This document shows, piece after piece, positions 19,575-29,171 of a DNA stretch of 64,000 nucleotides. Source of the DNA: an uncultured Candidatus Saccharibacteria bacterium (GTDB lineage: Bacteria > Patescibacteriota > Saccharimonadia > Saccharimonadales > CAZARM01); assembly GCA_964487615.1 (NCBI GenBank), contig CAZARM010000001.1, forward strand, positions 32,226 to 96,225, in the 5' to 3' direction. The position numbers and the translations under genes were made by a program. The notes below the pieces were generated by a model. It was given only the letters and a program-made list of their open reading frames with translations. It searched no databases and was not told the origin of the DNA. Positions within the stretch are counted from its first letter, which is position 1; each line of letters starts with the position of its first letter.

Positions 19575-20825
19575 TTAGAAAGTCTCTCCGGCAAACTCCA
19601 GAATCTCGGGGTCTACCGTCTCATAATCTAAACTTTTCAAGACCTGGTTCTCTAGTGCAGGCTGGCCCATGTAACGGACAAACAACTCATTCCATAGCCC
19701 ATCCTGGGCATGCTGATAAACGCGATGTCCATAATCCAGTCCGTTTAGGTAGTTCAGTGCCATGTCCAGCAAATTAAAGCTGACTGGTTTATGGTCTCCT
19801 TTGGTGGCTACATAATCCATGCCGTGCCAAAAATGCAGTGCCGGCTCCAGATGATACAAGACTTCCTCAACGTTGCGCCAAGCTAGATCCTGATGCGTTA
19901 CATGAGGCTCCAATACTGACGGGTGCTGCTGACCTTTTCGGCCAAAATGTCGTTGTACTACGCGCCAATGAATTTCTTGACCAGCTATTTGAACATGAGT
20001 GCCCCGGTCGTATTGCAGAGAAGCGGCAATGCGCTCACCAAAGTCAGGTTGCATTTGGTGGAGCTTATAAAAAGAGCTGAACAAGCGAATCTCATTAACT
20101 TCGTAAAGCAGTAGAGGCAGCAATGTAATTGCCACCCCTGGACGTTTGTCTAGTGGCAACGGCAACATCAGGACTACACCAAGCTCTCGAATGTCCAATA
20201 AGTTATGGTGACGGCTTGAGGTGTAGGTGTTGGCGGCTTTCTGCCATTTGGTTTTATCTAGCAGCCTAATTTCTATGGGTCGGGTTTCGAAATCCATGGG
20301 CATTAGCTGGTGATACTGAGCTATGAACTTGCGATACCATTGATCCTTCTCGATAAGTTTTAGCCCACCAAATATTTCGCCGATTGGTTCACGCTTCAGC
20401 ATTGACTCCAGTGACTTGTAGCCCAAATAACGCATTAGGGCTTTGGGTGGTTGGAGCTTGAGCAAGCGCTTGGCGCTGCTAGCTTTTAGGACCCACGCCG
20501 TATGTGGTATCTTGGCCTGCAACACAGCATCCCGAATACGTGGAAGTAAAGCGTGCACGTCACTGGCATCAGCCACACCTAATTTTTTAGCCACAAAGCT
20601 GTCGTGCAAACGAACCAGATTGAGCAGCGCATAGTAGAGCTCTCGGCCGGTTGTGTCCCGCGGGTCAAGTCCTAGCTCACGTGTTTTTTGACGCGTTAGC
20701 GTCAATAAATCCGCGGTCAAGCGAACGTCAACGCTGTGATGCCCACTGGCGTGCTCCAAACGTCGAATATCATCAGCAAACAGCGCCTGATTGACCCCCA
20801 ACAATTCCGAAATGAGTCTAGACAT
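19575..20825 (-). CDS. Conserved hypothetical protein (416 aa) adjacent to the LOG-like gene
   Basis: No recognisable motif. No TM. Its stop abuts the LOG-like start (19574/19575). Confidence 0.5.
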   Translation of the reverse strand: MSRLISELLGVNQALFADDIRRLEHASGHHSVDVRLTADLLTLTRQKTRELGLDPRDTTGRELYYALLNLVRLHDSFVAKKLGVADASDVHALLPRIRDAVLQAKIPHTAWVLKASSAKRLLKLQPPKALMRYLGYKSLESMLKREPIGEIFGGLKLIEKDQWYRKFIAQYHQLMPMDFETRPIEIRLLDKTKWQKAANTYTSSRHHNLLDIRELGVVLMLPLPLDKRPGVAITLLPLLLYEVNEIRLFSSFYKLHQMQPDFGERIAASLQYDRGTHVQIAGQEIHWRVVQRHFGRKGQQHPSVLEPHVTHQDLAWRNVEEVLYHLEPALHFWHGMDYVATKGDHKPVSFNLLDMALNYLNGLDYGHRVYQHAQDGLWNELFVRYMGQPALENQVLKSLDYETVDPEILEFAGETF

Positions 20826-20885
20826 AATTACTACTTAGAATAGCGTAAAGCTTATGCTTTTACCACTGGTAATGACTGTGATTGT

Positions 20886-21884
20886 TCAGACTAACGGCAT
20901 GGCATGATAGTCGGCTGGTGCTTTCTCCAGCAGCGCCTGCAGTTCAGCTTGGGTCAAGAGACCCTGCTGGGCGCCAATGTACTGCGAAACATTCATGCTA
21001 TTGATTGGCGCCCATGCTAGGGCAGTCTCCAACGGTTGACCTTGCGCTAGAACGGTCGTTAGCGTGGATGCAAAGGCATCACCGGCACCCGTTCGATCAT
21101 AAGGCTGCTTCACGTCAGGATAGATCGGCATGAACAGATTTCTTTGACCATCGGATGCGTAAGCACCTGCCGGACCATCGGTGATAACAACGGTCTTAAC
21201 CCCTAGGTCGTGCATAGCCTGAATCAGTCCAGACACATCACCACGGTCTTTGCCGGTAATAGTTGCTGCCTCCTCGCGGTTAGTCACGACTATCTCTGCA
21301 CGTTGATAGAATGGCGCTAGTTTTTCGGCACCCCAAATCAAATGGTACATCCCGGGCTGGAAAGCCAACCTTATGTCCGGATTAGCAGACAGGTATTCAA
21401 GCATAGCCTGGTGCAACTCCTCTGTTTTCTCCCCTAAGACACCCAAGTACAACCAGTCGGGCTTTTGCGCGGGGGTCTTCCACTCGTAATCATAATCCTC
21501 AAACTTCTGAAGCTTGGTGCGGTCGGCCCCGTAGCGAAGATAAAAGTGATAATTTGACTTCTTACCGGTTTCGACTACTAGACAATCGGTGTTCACAGCT
21601 TGAGACTTGAGGTAGTCGATCATTTCTTGCCCAACGGCGTCATCTCCTAACCAAGCCATCAGGCTGACGTTCAAGCCTAGGCGCGCCATGGACACGGCTG
21701 CATTTGGCGCACATTCCACGGCCTTAACGACGTCTAACTTGTCATAAGGCAGCTTTGCCCCCAGCTCAAAACTCAAACGCTTGTAGCCTTTATCGTCAGT
21801 CGAAACTACTGCATACTCTTCAAATAAAGTGATAAATGCTCCGCTAATGATGTCTCCGACGCATAGTATGTGTGGTTTATTCAC
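20886..21884 (-). CDS. PfkB-family carbohydrate/nucleoside kinase (ribokinase superfamily), copy 1
   Basis: DRTGAGDAF anion-hole motif near the C-terminus. 332 aa. Confidence 0.8.
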   Translation of the reverse strand: MNKPHILCVGDIISGAFITLFEEYAVVSTDDKGYKRLSFELGAKLPYDKLDVVKAVECAPNAAVSMARLGLNVSLMAWLGDDAVGQEMIDYLKSQAVNTDCLVVETGKKSNYHFYLRYGADRTKLQKFEDYDYEWKTPAQKPDWLYLGVLGEKTEELHQAMLEYLSANPDIRLAFQPGMYHLIWGAEKLAPFYQRAEIVVTNREEAATITGKDRGDVSGLIQAMHDLGVKTVVITDGPAGAYASDGQRNLFMPIYPDVKQPYDRTGAGDAFASTLTTVLAQGQPLETALAWAPINSMNVSQYIGAQQGLLTQAELQALLEKAPADYHAMPLV

Positions 21885-22840
21885 AGTTTCTTTTCCTCCA
21901 TCCTCATTTCATGAATCGGGGTATCCTGCTTTAGGATCCCGACTTTGGCGCCTATTACGCTTACCACTGAGGTCGAATTGGCACTAGCAAAGGTAACGGC
22001 CTGCTTGAGCGACTGAGTAACCGCCCAATTAACAACGAACCCCGAACCAAACGCGTCGCCGGCACCAGTTCTATCTATAACTGGTACGTCTTTATAAATT
22101 CCGGCCTGAACATAATTTGTGCCGTCTGTGGCTGCCACGCCCTTTGGCCCATCGGACACTACTACTACTGGTGCCAATTTCGCTAGTGCTTCAACCAGAT
22201 CGTGCAGCGATTCGGCTTTGACAATCATTTGTGATTCTTGCTTGTTGACAATAAGCACTTCGACAAAGGGCAGGAGTGCTTTGATCTTATCGGTGTGCGC
22301 CAGTTCCGCTTTGCCTGGGTTCCAAGCAATCTTGATATTCAAACGCTTAGCATCGGCAAACAATTTCTCGAGGGTCTCCATCGATCCAGCCAGATTTGAC
22401 ATATAAAGCCAGTCGACCTGACCAACACTGGACAAGTCAAACTGAGCCGATTGGTAATGAGTCGATGCACCTCGGTAGGTAAGGATCGTCCGCTCCCCAT
22501 TGGCGGCCAGCAAGATTACCGAATAACCGGTGTTGTACTTTTCTGAATACGACAATTTGGCTTCCACACCTTCACGCTTTAGCTCCTCAGAAACGGCTTG
22601 ACCAGCTGGATCGTGGCCAATGGCACCCATAAAGACACTGTCTTGTCCCTGACGAGCAAATGTTACGGCCGCATTGGTTGCCCCGCCGCCAGTGCTGAAG
22701 TTGATTTGGTCGACGTCTGCCTTGCCGCCCATTTTGAGCTCAGCATAGAAAGAACCGTCTTCTTCTTTCACCGGATCCAGAGCGTCGCTGTGGCTCAAGA
22801 AAACATCCTGGACCGCAGCTCCAATCGACACAAATTTCAT
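21881..22840 (-). CDS. PfkB-family carbohydrate/nucleoside kinase (ribokinase superfamily), copy 2
   Basis: GGGATNAA N-terminal motif and DRTGAGDAF. 319 aa. Overlaps copy 1 by 4 nt. Confidence 0.8.
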   Translation of the reverse strand: MKFVSIGAAVQDVFLSHSDALDPVKEEDGSFYAELKMGGKADVDQINFSTGGGATNAAVTFARQGQDSVFMGAIGHDPAGQAVSEELKREGVEAKLSYSEKYNTGYSVILLAANGERTILTYRGASTHYQSAQFDLSSVGQVDWLYMSNLAGSMETLEKLFADAKRLNIKIAWNPGKAELAHTDKIKALLPFVEVLIVNKQESQMIVKAESLHDLVEALAKLAPVVVVSDGPKGVAATDGTNYVQAGIYKDVPVIDRTGAGDAFGSGFVVNWAVTQSLKQAVTFASANSTSVVSVIGAKVGILKQDTPIHEMRMEEKKL

Positions 22841-22919
22841 ATGTATTTATCCCTCTTGTTTGTATTTACATGATACTTGGTGTTTAGAATATACGCCATC
22901 TGTATATTGAACTGTGTAG

Positions 22920-23954
22920 TTATAGGTCCTGGCTAGTGGAAACAAAATCGTCAGTGTGGACACCCAAGTCAAGTCTACCTTGACGGGCTTGGACTGCTAG
23001 CATCAGTTGATGATCGAAAATAGCCGCAGGGTCACCTTCTTTAGCCGCCCAAGCCTTAAGCACCGGGTCTTGCAAGGCACGCGAATAAGAAAAAGTTACA
23101 CCCCAAGGGTGGTCAGCAGCCTGAGCGATTAAGTTCAAGTTCTTAAAAGCATCGTCTGGTACCTGCCCTCCGCTCAAGAACACAACGCCACCCAACTCTT
23201 TGGGTGCATGTTCATGTAAAACGCGGACTGTCCGATTGGCAACATCTTGATTATCAATTGCTATTCCAGAGTCTTTTCCGGGCAATACCATGCTCGTTTT
23301 TAAAATCGCGCCAGGCAAATGAACACGCATAGCCCGCATGAGTTTGAAAAGCCCGTCTAATGTTCTTTCCAAGGCCTGCTCGCACTGCTCAATTGTATGA
23401 TTGCCTTCGAACAACACTTCAGGCTCGACCATTGGTACGATGCCCGCTTCCTGACAAATTCTAGCGTAACGGCTCAAAACAAAAGCATTGCTCTCTATGC
23501 ATTCTTGGGTTGGTATACCGTCACCTATGGTGATCACCGCTCGCCATTTAGCAAACTTGGCGCCATTTTCTGCGTAGTGCTTGATGCGTTCTGGCAGACT
23601 ATCTAGGCCTTTGGTTAGCTTCTCGCCTTTAAATCCCGGCAAGTCAATCAGCCCTTCGTCAACTTTAATCCCTGGCAGAACACCGATTCCATGCAGATAG
23701 TCAGTAAATGGAACATGATCATCGGTTTGTTGCCAAAATGTTTCATCAAAAAGGATCACGCCACTCAAATTATCGGCGTTGCCTGGTGCCGTTAATAGAA
23801 TCTGGCGGTACTGACGACGGGTTTCAGGGGTACATTCGACCCCGACGGCGTCAAATCGTTTCTGGCAGCTGGCGTTACTTTCGTCTGCAGCCAGAACGCC
23901 ATTACCACTCCCGACTAGTTGTTTAGCAATTGTCTCGAGTGCTTGAGTGTCCAT
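22920..23954 (-). CDS. fba: Fructose-bisphosphate aldolase, class I (Schiff-base type)
   Basis: GILAADES-like GVLAADES, KWRAV, LKTSMVLPG (Schiff-base Lys region), VVFLSGGQ and FSYSRALQ motifs. Confidence 0.85.
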   Translation of the reverse strand: MDTQALETIAKQLVGSGNGVLAADESNASCQKRFDAVGVECTPETRRQYRQILLTAPGNADNLSGVILFDETFWQQTDDHVPFTDYLHGIGVLPGIKVDEGLIDLPGFKGEKLTKGLDSLPERIKHYAENGAKFAKWRAVITIGDGIPTQECIESNAFVLSRYARICQEAGIVPMVEPEVLFEGNHTIEQCEQALERTLDGLFKLMRAMRVHLPGAILKTSMVLPGKDSGIAIDNQDVANRTVRVLHEHAPKELGGVVFLSGGQVPDDAFKNLNLIAQAADHPWGVTFSYSRALQDPVLKAWAAKEGDPAAIFDHQLMLAVQARQGRLDLGVHTDDFVSTSQDL

Positions 23955-24929
23955 TTACTTCTTCGCTTCCATTAGTTCGTGTGCGGCAATGGCTATGTGC
24001 TTAGCAGTCAGTCCAAAGTGCTCTAGCAACTCTTCCGGTTCGCCGGACTCACCAAAGCGATCGCGGATGCCTAAGCGTTTCAGTGGCGCTGGAAATTCTT
24101 CGCCCAGTAGCTCCGCTACTGCGCTACCCAGGCCTCCAGCAATTTGAGCTTCCTCAATGGTAATCACGTGTTTGGTTTTGTGGACTGATTGCAAGATTGT
24201 AGCTCCATCCAGTGGTTTCACGGTTGGGCAGTGTACGACTTCTACGTCAATCCCATCTTTAAATAACATGTCGGCAGCCAGCAGTGCCTGGTATGTGAGC
24301 GGACCGGTGGCGACGATGGTCAGGTCCGCTCCTGTAGCATAAACATAGGCTTTGCCGATTTCAAAAGGAGTCTGTTCAGTCGTAAATATTGCGCTGTCGG
24401 AGCGGGCTAAGCGTAAGTAGCTTGGTCGGTGGTCTTTAGCAAGTGCCAGGGTCGTGCGTTCAGCCTCTAAACTGTCACCCGGGACCACTACAACCATATT
24501 AGGTAGCACTCGCATGAGGGCTATATCCTCCAACATCTGGTGAGTTGCGCCATCCGGACCAACTGAAACCCCGGCGTGTGAACCAACAATCTTGACCGGA
24601 CGGTCATTTAGGCAAATCGTTGTGCGAATCTGCTCCCAGTTACGACCAGGACTAAAGGCGGCGTAAGAGGAGACGAACGGGATCTTGCCCATGGCGGCCA
24701 TACCTGACCCAACAGTCACTAAGTTCTGCTCAGCTACACCAATTTCTACAAAACGATCTGGGAACTCTTTGGCAAACAAACTCATCTGTGTCGAATCGGT
24801 TAAATCAGCGCAGGCAGCCACGACGTCTTCGTTGTCTTTGCCGGCTTGCAGCAAACCACGCCCAAAACCCTTGCGGGTGGCTTCTTGTTCAAGCTTGCCA
24901 TGCACATCGTGCAGATGAAAACTACTCAT
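23955..24929 (-). CDS. tktB: Transketolase C-terminal subunit (pyrimidine-binding and C-terminal domains)
   Basis: Start placed at MSSFHLHDV, which overlaps the N-subunit stop by 8 nt. The ORF-track extension to 25067 is read-through into the upstream gene. Confidence 0.85.
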   Translation of the reverse strand: MSSFHLHDVHGKLEQEATRKGFGRGLLQAGKDNEDVVAACADLTDSTQMSLFAKEFPDRFVEIGVAEQNLVTVGSGMAAMGKIPFVSSYAAFSPGRNWEQIRTTICLNDRPVKIVGSHAGVSVGPDGATHQMLEDIALMRVLPNMVVVVPGDSLEAERTTLALAKDHRPSYLRLARSDSAIFTTEQTPFEIGKAYVYATGADLTIVATGPLTYQALLAADMLFKDGIDVEVVHCPTVKPLDGATILQSVHKTKHVITIEEAQIAGGLGSAVAELLGEEFPAPLKRLGIRDRFGESGEPEELLEHFGLTAKHIAIAAHELMEAKK

Positions 24930-25767
24930 GTTCACCTCTAATTTTGCCATTAAGGGTGCGAAGTTGATGGAGGGCTTTTTTGGCCTCTTCATGGTTGGGC
25001 GGCGAGCCGTGCCAATGGAAATCATACTCCATGAAATCGACACCCTTGCCGGGGACTGTATGAGCAATAATCATGATCGGCTTTTCTACCACTGCTCGCC
25101 CCATAGCACAGGCATCTATGACAGCTTCGACATTATTGCCATCAATTTCTATGACATGCCAGCCAAAGGCTTCCCACTTTTCTTTTAGGTCATCAAGAGG
25201 CATAACGGTCTCAGTCGGCCCATCAATCTGAATGTTGTTACGGTCGGTAATGGCAATGATGTTATTTAGCTTGTATTTTGAGCAGAGCATGGCGGCTTCC
25301 CAGACATTCCCCTCGTCCTGCTCGCCATCACTCATGACGACATACACCCAACGGTGCTGGTCTTTGTTCATACGCATCGCCAGAGCCATACCGGCCGCCT
25401 GACTTAGCCCGCAGCCTAAGGGGCCACTGGTATTTTCTAGTCCGGGCAATTTCTGGCGCTCTGGATGCCCCTGGAGCCGCGAACCAAACCGCCGCAAAGT
25501 CAAAAGCTCTTTGATATCAAAATACCCGGCCTCAGCCATGCTAGCGTAACGCACCGGCACACAGTGACCGTTGCTTAGCAGCAAAATATCCCGTTGGTCC
25601 CAGTCAGGTTCTTTGGGATTATGTTTCAAAATATCAAAATAAAGCGCGGCGAAGATGTCGGCTAGTCCTAATGGACCGGCACTGTGGCCACTGCCAGCAT
25701 GTTCCAGCATGCGGATAATATCCACCCTGATATTAGTGGCTTTTTGTTCAATTTCTGCTATTTTCAT
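24922..25767 (-). CDS. tktA: Transketolase N-terminal subunit (TPP-binding)
   Basis: HSAGPLGLADI and GHCVP...GYF motifs. 281 aa. Split transketolase arrangement. Confidence 0.85.
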   Translation of the reverse strand: MKIAEIEQKATNIRVDIIRMLEHAGSGHSAGPLGLADIFAALYFDILKHNPKEPDWDQRDILLLSNGHCVPVRYASMAEAGYFDIKELLTLRRFGSRLQGHPERQKLPGLENTSGPLGCGLSQAAGMALAMRMNKDQHRWVYVVMSDGEQDEGNVWEAAMLCSKYKLNNIIAITDRNNIQIDGPTETVMPLDDLKEKWEAFGWHVIEIDGNNVEAVIDACAMGRAVVEKPIMIIAHTVPGKGVDFMEYDFHWHGSPPNHEEAKKALHQLRTLNGKIRGEHE

Positions 25768-26426
25768 CTGTTTGTATCCACGCTTGCTATCTTATTTAGT
25801 GTAGCATAAGCGGCCTGAGGATCTTCGGCCCGTTCAATGAAGCCACCGGCGTTCAAAACGTCTATTCCGCCATCGATCAGCTTCTGGCAATTTTTATCGT
25901 TGATGCCGCCGTCCCAGCCAATTTCAAGCTCTTTTTTCATTTTTTTCAGCAGTCGCACTTTGTCAAGCAACTTCAGGTCAATCTGACCTCCGAAGTGGCC
26001 CAACTCGCCCGAGAATATCAGCACATGGTCAATGTGCTCTAATGCTGGCCGAATAACGTCCGGCGCCGTGGCCGCCAGCAACGCCACGCCGACCTTGATG
26101 TCTGCCTCATGAAGCTTCTTGGCAAAACTTATAAAACTGCCTTCGGCCTCGGCGTGGATAATGACCAGGGTCGGCTCAAGCTTAACAATGTCGTCTAGGT
26201 ATAGGTCTGGCCTCTCATACATTAAATGTAAGTCGGCCTGTACACTATGAGGCCACCATACTCCACGGATGGCCAGACTTTTAGGCTTGGCGAATAATCC
26301 ATCGGTTAGGTCAATCTGCACGCGTGTCGCAAACGGTGCAATCCGCTCCATCTGCTCTCGAAACTGATGAGCGTTATGGGCTAAAACCGTTGGACATACT
26401 ACGGCCATAATGTCAGAGCTCATCAA
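25764..26426 (-). CDS. rpe: Ribulose-phosphate 3-epimerase
   Basis: CPTVLAH...QIDLTDGLF (equivalent to PSILSAD...DVMDGHFV) and IFSGELGHFGGQ...IDGGI. 220 aa. Confidence 0.75.
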   Translation of the reverse strand: MMSSDIMAVVCPTVLAHNAHQFREQMERIAPFATRVQIDLTDGLFAKPKSLAIRGVWWPHSVQADLHLMYERPDLYLDDIVKLEPTLVIIHAEAEGSFISFAKKLHEADIKVGVALLAATAPDVIRPALEHIDHVLIFSGELGHFGGQIDLKLLDKVRLLKKMKKELEIGWDGGINDKNCQKLIDGGIDVLNAGGFIERAEDPQAAYATLNKIASVDTNR

Positions 26427-26856
26427 TCTGCTTAATACGCCTTTTGAACCTGTCGGCTCCGGCGAATGGCGTTGTCAGCCAGGTGGCAATGATAGCTTCG
26501 GCTTTAGCTTCTTTTAGAACTCTCGCCGGCAAACAAGCCACATTGGAGTCGTCGTCATTACGCGCAGCGCTAGCCGCTTCCCGATCAAACAACAGTGCCG
26601 CACGAATGCCTTTAAATCTATTGGCGGCCATGCACATGCCCTGGCCACTACCACAGATCAAGATCCCACGGGGATCAGGGTCACTACTAGCCAGCATGGC
26701 ATGAGTCAACTTGGCAGCAAAGATTGGGTAATCGTCTTCTGGATCCATCCGCTCATCACCAGTGTCCAGTACGTTGTGGCCTTGGGCTTTTAGGATGCCC
26801 TCCAAACGTTCCTTGAGGTGAAACCCGTTATGGTCAGAACCGATGAAAATGTTCAT
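26413..26856 (-). CDS. rpiB: Ribose-5-phosphate isomerase B (RpiB/LacAB family)
   Basis: IFIGSDHNGFHLKE...ILICGSGQGMCMAANRFKGIRAAL motifs. 147 aa. Confidence 0.9.
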   Translation of the reverse strand: MNIFIGSDHNGFHLKERLEGILKAQGHNVLDTGDERMDPEDDYPIFAAKLTHAMLASSDPDPRGILICGSGQGMCMAANRFKGIRAALLFDREAASAARNDDDSNVACLPARVLKEAKAEAIIATWLTTPFAGADRFKRRIKQIDEL

Positions 26857-26860
26857 GTGT

Positions 26861-27883
26861 TTACTCGGCTTTTTTATGTATCAACTTGCCTGTATCAGCT
26901 ACCTGCTCAACCAGACGATTCGAGTAGCCCCATTCGTTGTCATACCAGATGACGACTTTTACCAGGTTTCCGGCTACCACATTGGTAAGCTCTAGATCTA
27001 CAATTCCGGAACGACTGTCGCCAATATAGTCACTACTCACAAGTGGTTCATCGGAGACTCCAATAATACCCTGGTAGTACGGCTCTTTTGAGGCTTTTGT
27101 AAGCAGATCGTTTATTTCCTCTTTGGTGCTGTCCTTCTTAAGCAACATGGTCACGTCACTTAAAGACACGACCGGCGTAGGCACCCGAACACTTAGGCCG
27201 TCAAACTTTCCTTTAAGACTCGGCACGGTCAGCGCTACCGCAATTGCTGCTCCAGTAGTGGTAGGCACAATGTTGTGTGCGGCGGCCCGACCTTCTCGGG
27301 GATCTTTAGTCGGGCTATCGGTAAGCGTTTGGCTGGCAGTATCACTATGTACGGTAGTCAGCATGGCCTTTTCGATGCCAAATTCGCGATCCATGATATC
27401 CATAATGGCGGCAATGCTGTTGGTAGTGCAGCTGGCATTGCTAATGATGTTGCCGGCTTTCTCTAACTCTTTGTCATTGGCACCAATTACGATGGTCTCT
27501 ATGTCATCACTTTTGGAGGGTGCGGAAATGACTACTTTTTTGGCACCCGCCTTGAGATGGGCCGAGGCGTCTTCGCTCTTGGTGAAACGCCCGGTCGACT
27601 CGATAACTACATCCACGTCCAGATCTTTCCATGGCAACATACTTGGATCTTTTTCTGCGGAAACGGGAATCGATGTGCCATCAACAATTAGATTCTTTTC
27701 GTCAAATGTCACCTTGTGCTCATATTTTCCATAGTTTGAGTCATGCACTAATAAATAGGCTAATTCCTTGGTATCGGTCAGGTCATTAATGCCGACAATC
27801 TCTAGATCAGTCCGTTCAAAAGCAATCCTAAAGCTGAGTCGGCCAATTCGCCCAAACCCATTTATTGCAACTCGTGTTTTCAT
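26861..27883 (-). CDS. gap: Glyceraldehyde-3-phosphate dehydrogenase
   Basis: INGFGRIGR and SNASCTTN active-site motif. 340 aa. Confidence 0.95.
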   Translation of the reverse strand: MKTRVAINGFGRIGRLSFRIAFERTDLEIVGINDLTDTKELAYLLVHDSNYGKYEHKVTFDEKNLIVDGTSIPVSAEKDPSMLPWKDLDVDVVIESTGRFTKSEDASAHLKAGAKKVVISAPSKSDDIETIVIGANDKELEKAGNIISNASCTTNSIAAIMDIMDREFGIEKAMLTTVHSDTASQTLTDSPTKDPREGRAAAHNIVPTTTGAAIAVALTVPSLKGKFDGLSVRVPTPVVSLSDVTMLLKKDSTKEEINDLLTKASKEPYYQGIIGVSDEPLVSSDYIGDSRSGIVDLELTNVVAGNLVKVVIWYDNEWGYSNRLVEQVADTGKLIHKKAE

Positions 27884-27962
27884 GTTTTATGCCACCCCAA
27901 ATATTTAGTGAATTTTATCTGTTGTTATTGTATAAGCACTGGCGTTATCTCGCAACCACTTC

Positions 27963-28574
27963 CTAGCGATCGACCTCTTGGCCTTTAAACTCAGGTAAGT
28001 CAAGTAAAGCTTCCAATGAAGTAGCCTTAGCAAAAAGCGACGTAAAGTAACTCATCATAGGGTAGTTGCCAGACAACACTGACGACCTGACTTGATCGAA
28101 GGGCTGGAGCTTGACGCTAATCTTCTCTCCGTCTGGGTCAAACTGTTGCTCAAACAGCTGATCGAACTCAGTAGCAACAAAAATCGGAGTAAACCATTCA
28201 ATCTTTACAGCTGGCTGATCAGATGCAACGTGACGCCACTTTTTGAATGTCATCCCTGTTTCCTCCCGCAACTCTCGCTTGGCTGCATCTAGCCAGTTAT
28301 CGTCTTCTTCGTCCGGCCGACCACCAGGCAAATGTACTTGCATAGGACGTCCGGGCTGTTGATCCTCGACTATGACTACTTTTCCATCTTTTATGGCAAT
28401 GACTTGAACAGTGTCAACACGTTTCATCATCTCAAAAGTTTTAATTGACCCGTTGAACATCTCTTGGGGCCATTGGTAGACGTCAAAGATCTTGCCTTGA
28501 AACGCGAGAGTAGCTTTGTCAGGAATCAAAAACGCATTTTTAGATATAACTTTTTTCATTTTTTTTATTTCCAA
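27963..28574 (-). CDS. NUDIX hydrolase
   Basis: Nudix box GGRPDEEDDNWLDAAKRELREETGM. Confidence 0.85.
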   Translation of the reverse strand: MEIKKMKKVISKNAFLIPDKATLAFQGKIFDVYQWPQEMFNGSIKTFEMMKRVDTVQVIAIKDGKVVIVEDQQPGRPMQVHLPGGRPDEEDDNWLDAAKRELREETGMTFKKWRHVASDQPAVKIEWFTPIFVATEFDQLFEQQFDPDGEKISVKLQPFDQVRSSVLSGNYPMMSYFTSLFAKATSLEALLDLPEFKGQEVDR

Positions 28575-29169
28575 CGAACCTTACGAGATTAGCTACGCCT
28601 TTGGCATGGTCTTTGTGAGACGTGCCTTGGTCATCTAGAACCGTGGCTTCAAATTTGTGCGTAAAGTCTTTGGTTGATGGGATATCGAAAAAGCGTTTTT
28701 GAATCCCTTTTATGGCTCGGTAGTTAGGTTCGATCTCTGTACCTTCTGACAGTTCCGGGTCATGAATGCTATTGACCAAGAAAGCTAAAGTGCCACCAGG
28801 CTTCAAAATGTCGTAGATTTCATTAAACAACTGCTCGGTACGTTTGAGCGGAAAGTAATGGAGTGACAAGTGGGCGTAGACAATGTCAAAAGTCTCAGGC
28901 TCAAACGGCAGCGGCAAAGACATATCAAGTTGAAGTGCCTCAACAGCAGGGATTGTAGGTAGTTTTGTTAAATCAGTGGCAGTAACTTTGTAGCCCTTTG
29001 ATGCAAACCAAGCACTGTCCTGTGACAAGCCGGCACCTAGTTCCAATAGATGCCCACCGTCAGGAAAAAATTTGACGGCTTCTTGGGCAAACAAAGTCGG
29101 CTGTTTTACCCATGTTTCGTCGGCATAGCCAGATAATTTATTGACCCAATAGTCTTGAACGTTAGACAT
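28540..29169 (-). CDS. Class I SAM-dependent methyltransferase
   Basis: LLELGAGLSQDS (motif I) and LKPGGTLAF (post I/II). Start set at MSNVQDYW, immediately after the ppa stop. Confidence 0.75.
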   Translation of the reverse strand: MSNVQDYWVNKLSGYADETWVKQPTLFAQEAVKFFPDGGHLLELGAGLSQDSAWFASKGYKVTATDLTKLPTIPAVEALQLDMSLPLPFEPETFDIVYAHLSLHYFPLKRTEQLFNEIYDILKPGGTLAFLVNSIHDPELSEGTEIEPNYRAIKGIQKRFFDIPSTKDFTHKFEATVLDDQGTSHKDHAKGVANLVRFVGNKKNEKSYI

Positions 29170-29171
29170 AA

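Noticed and set aside
23955-25067. Single fused transketolase or an N-terminal extension of the C-subunit (ORF track start 25067)
   Set aside because: The N-subunit has its own stop at 24922-24924 in another frame, and the C-subunit has a good internal start (MSSFHLHDV) overlapping it by 8 nt. It is a genuine split two-subunit enzyme, not a frameshifted pseudogene.
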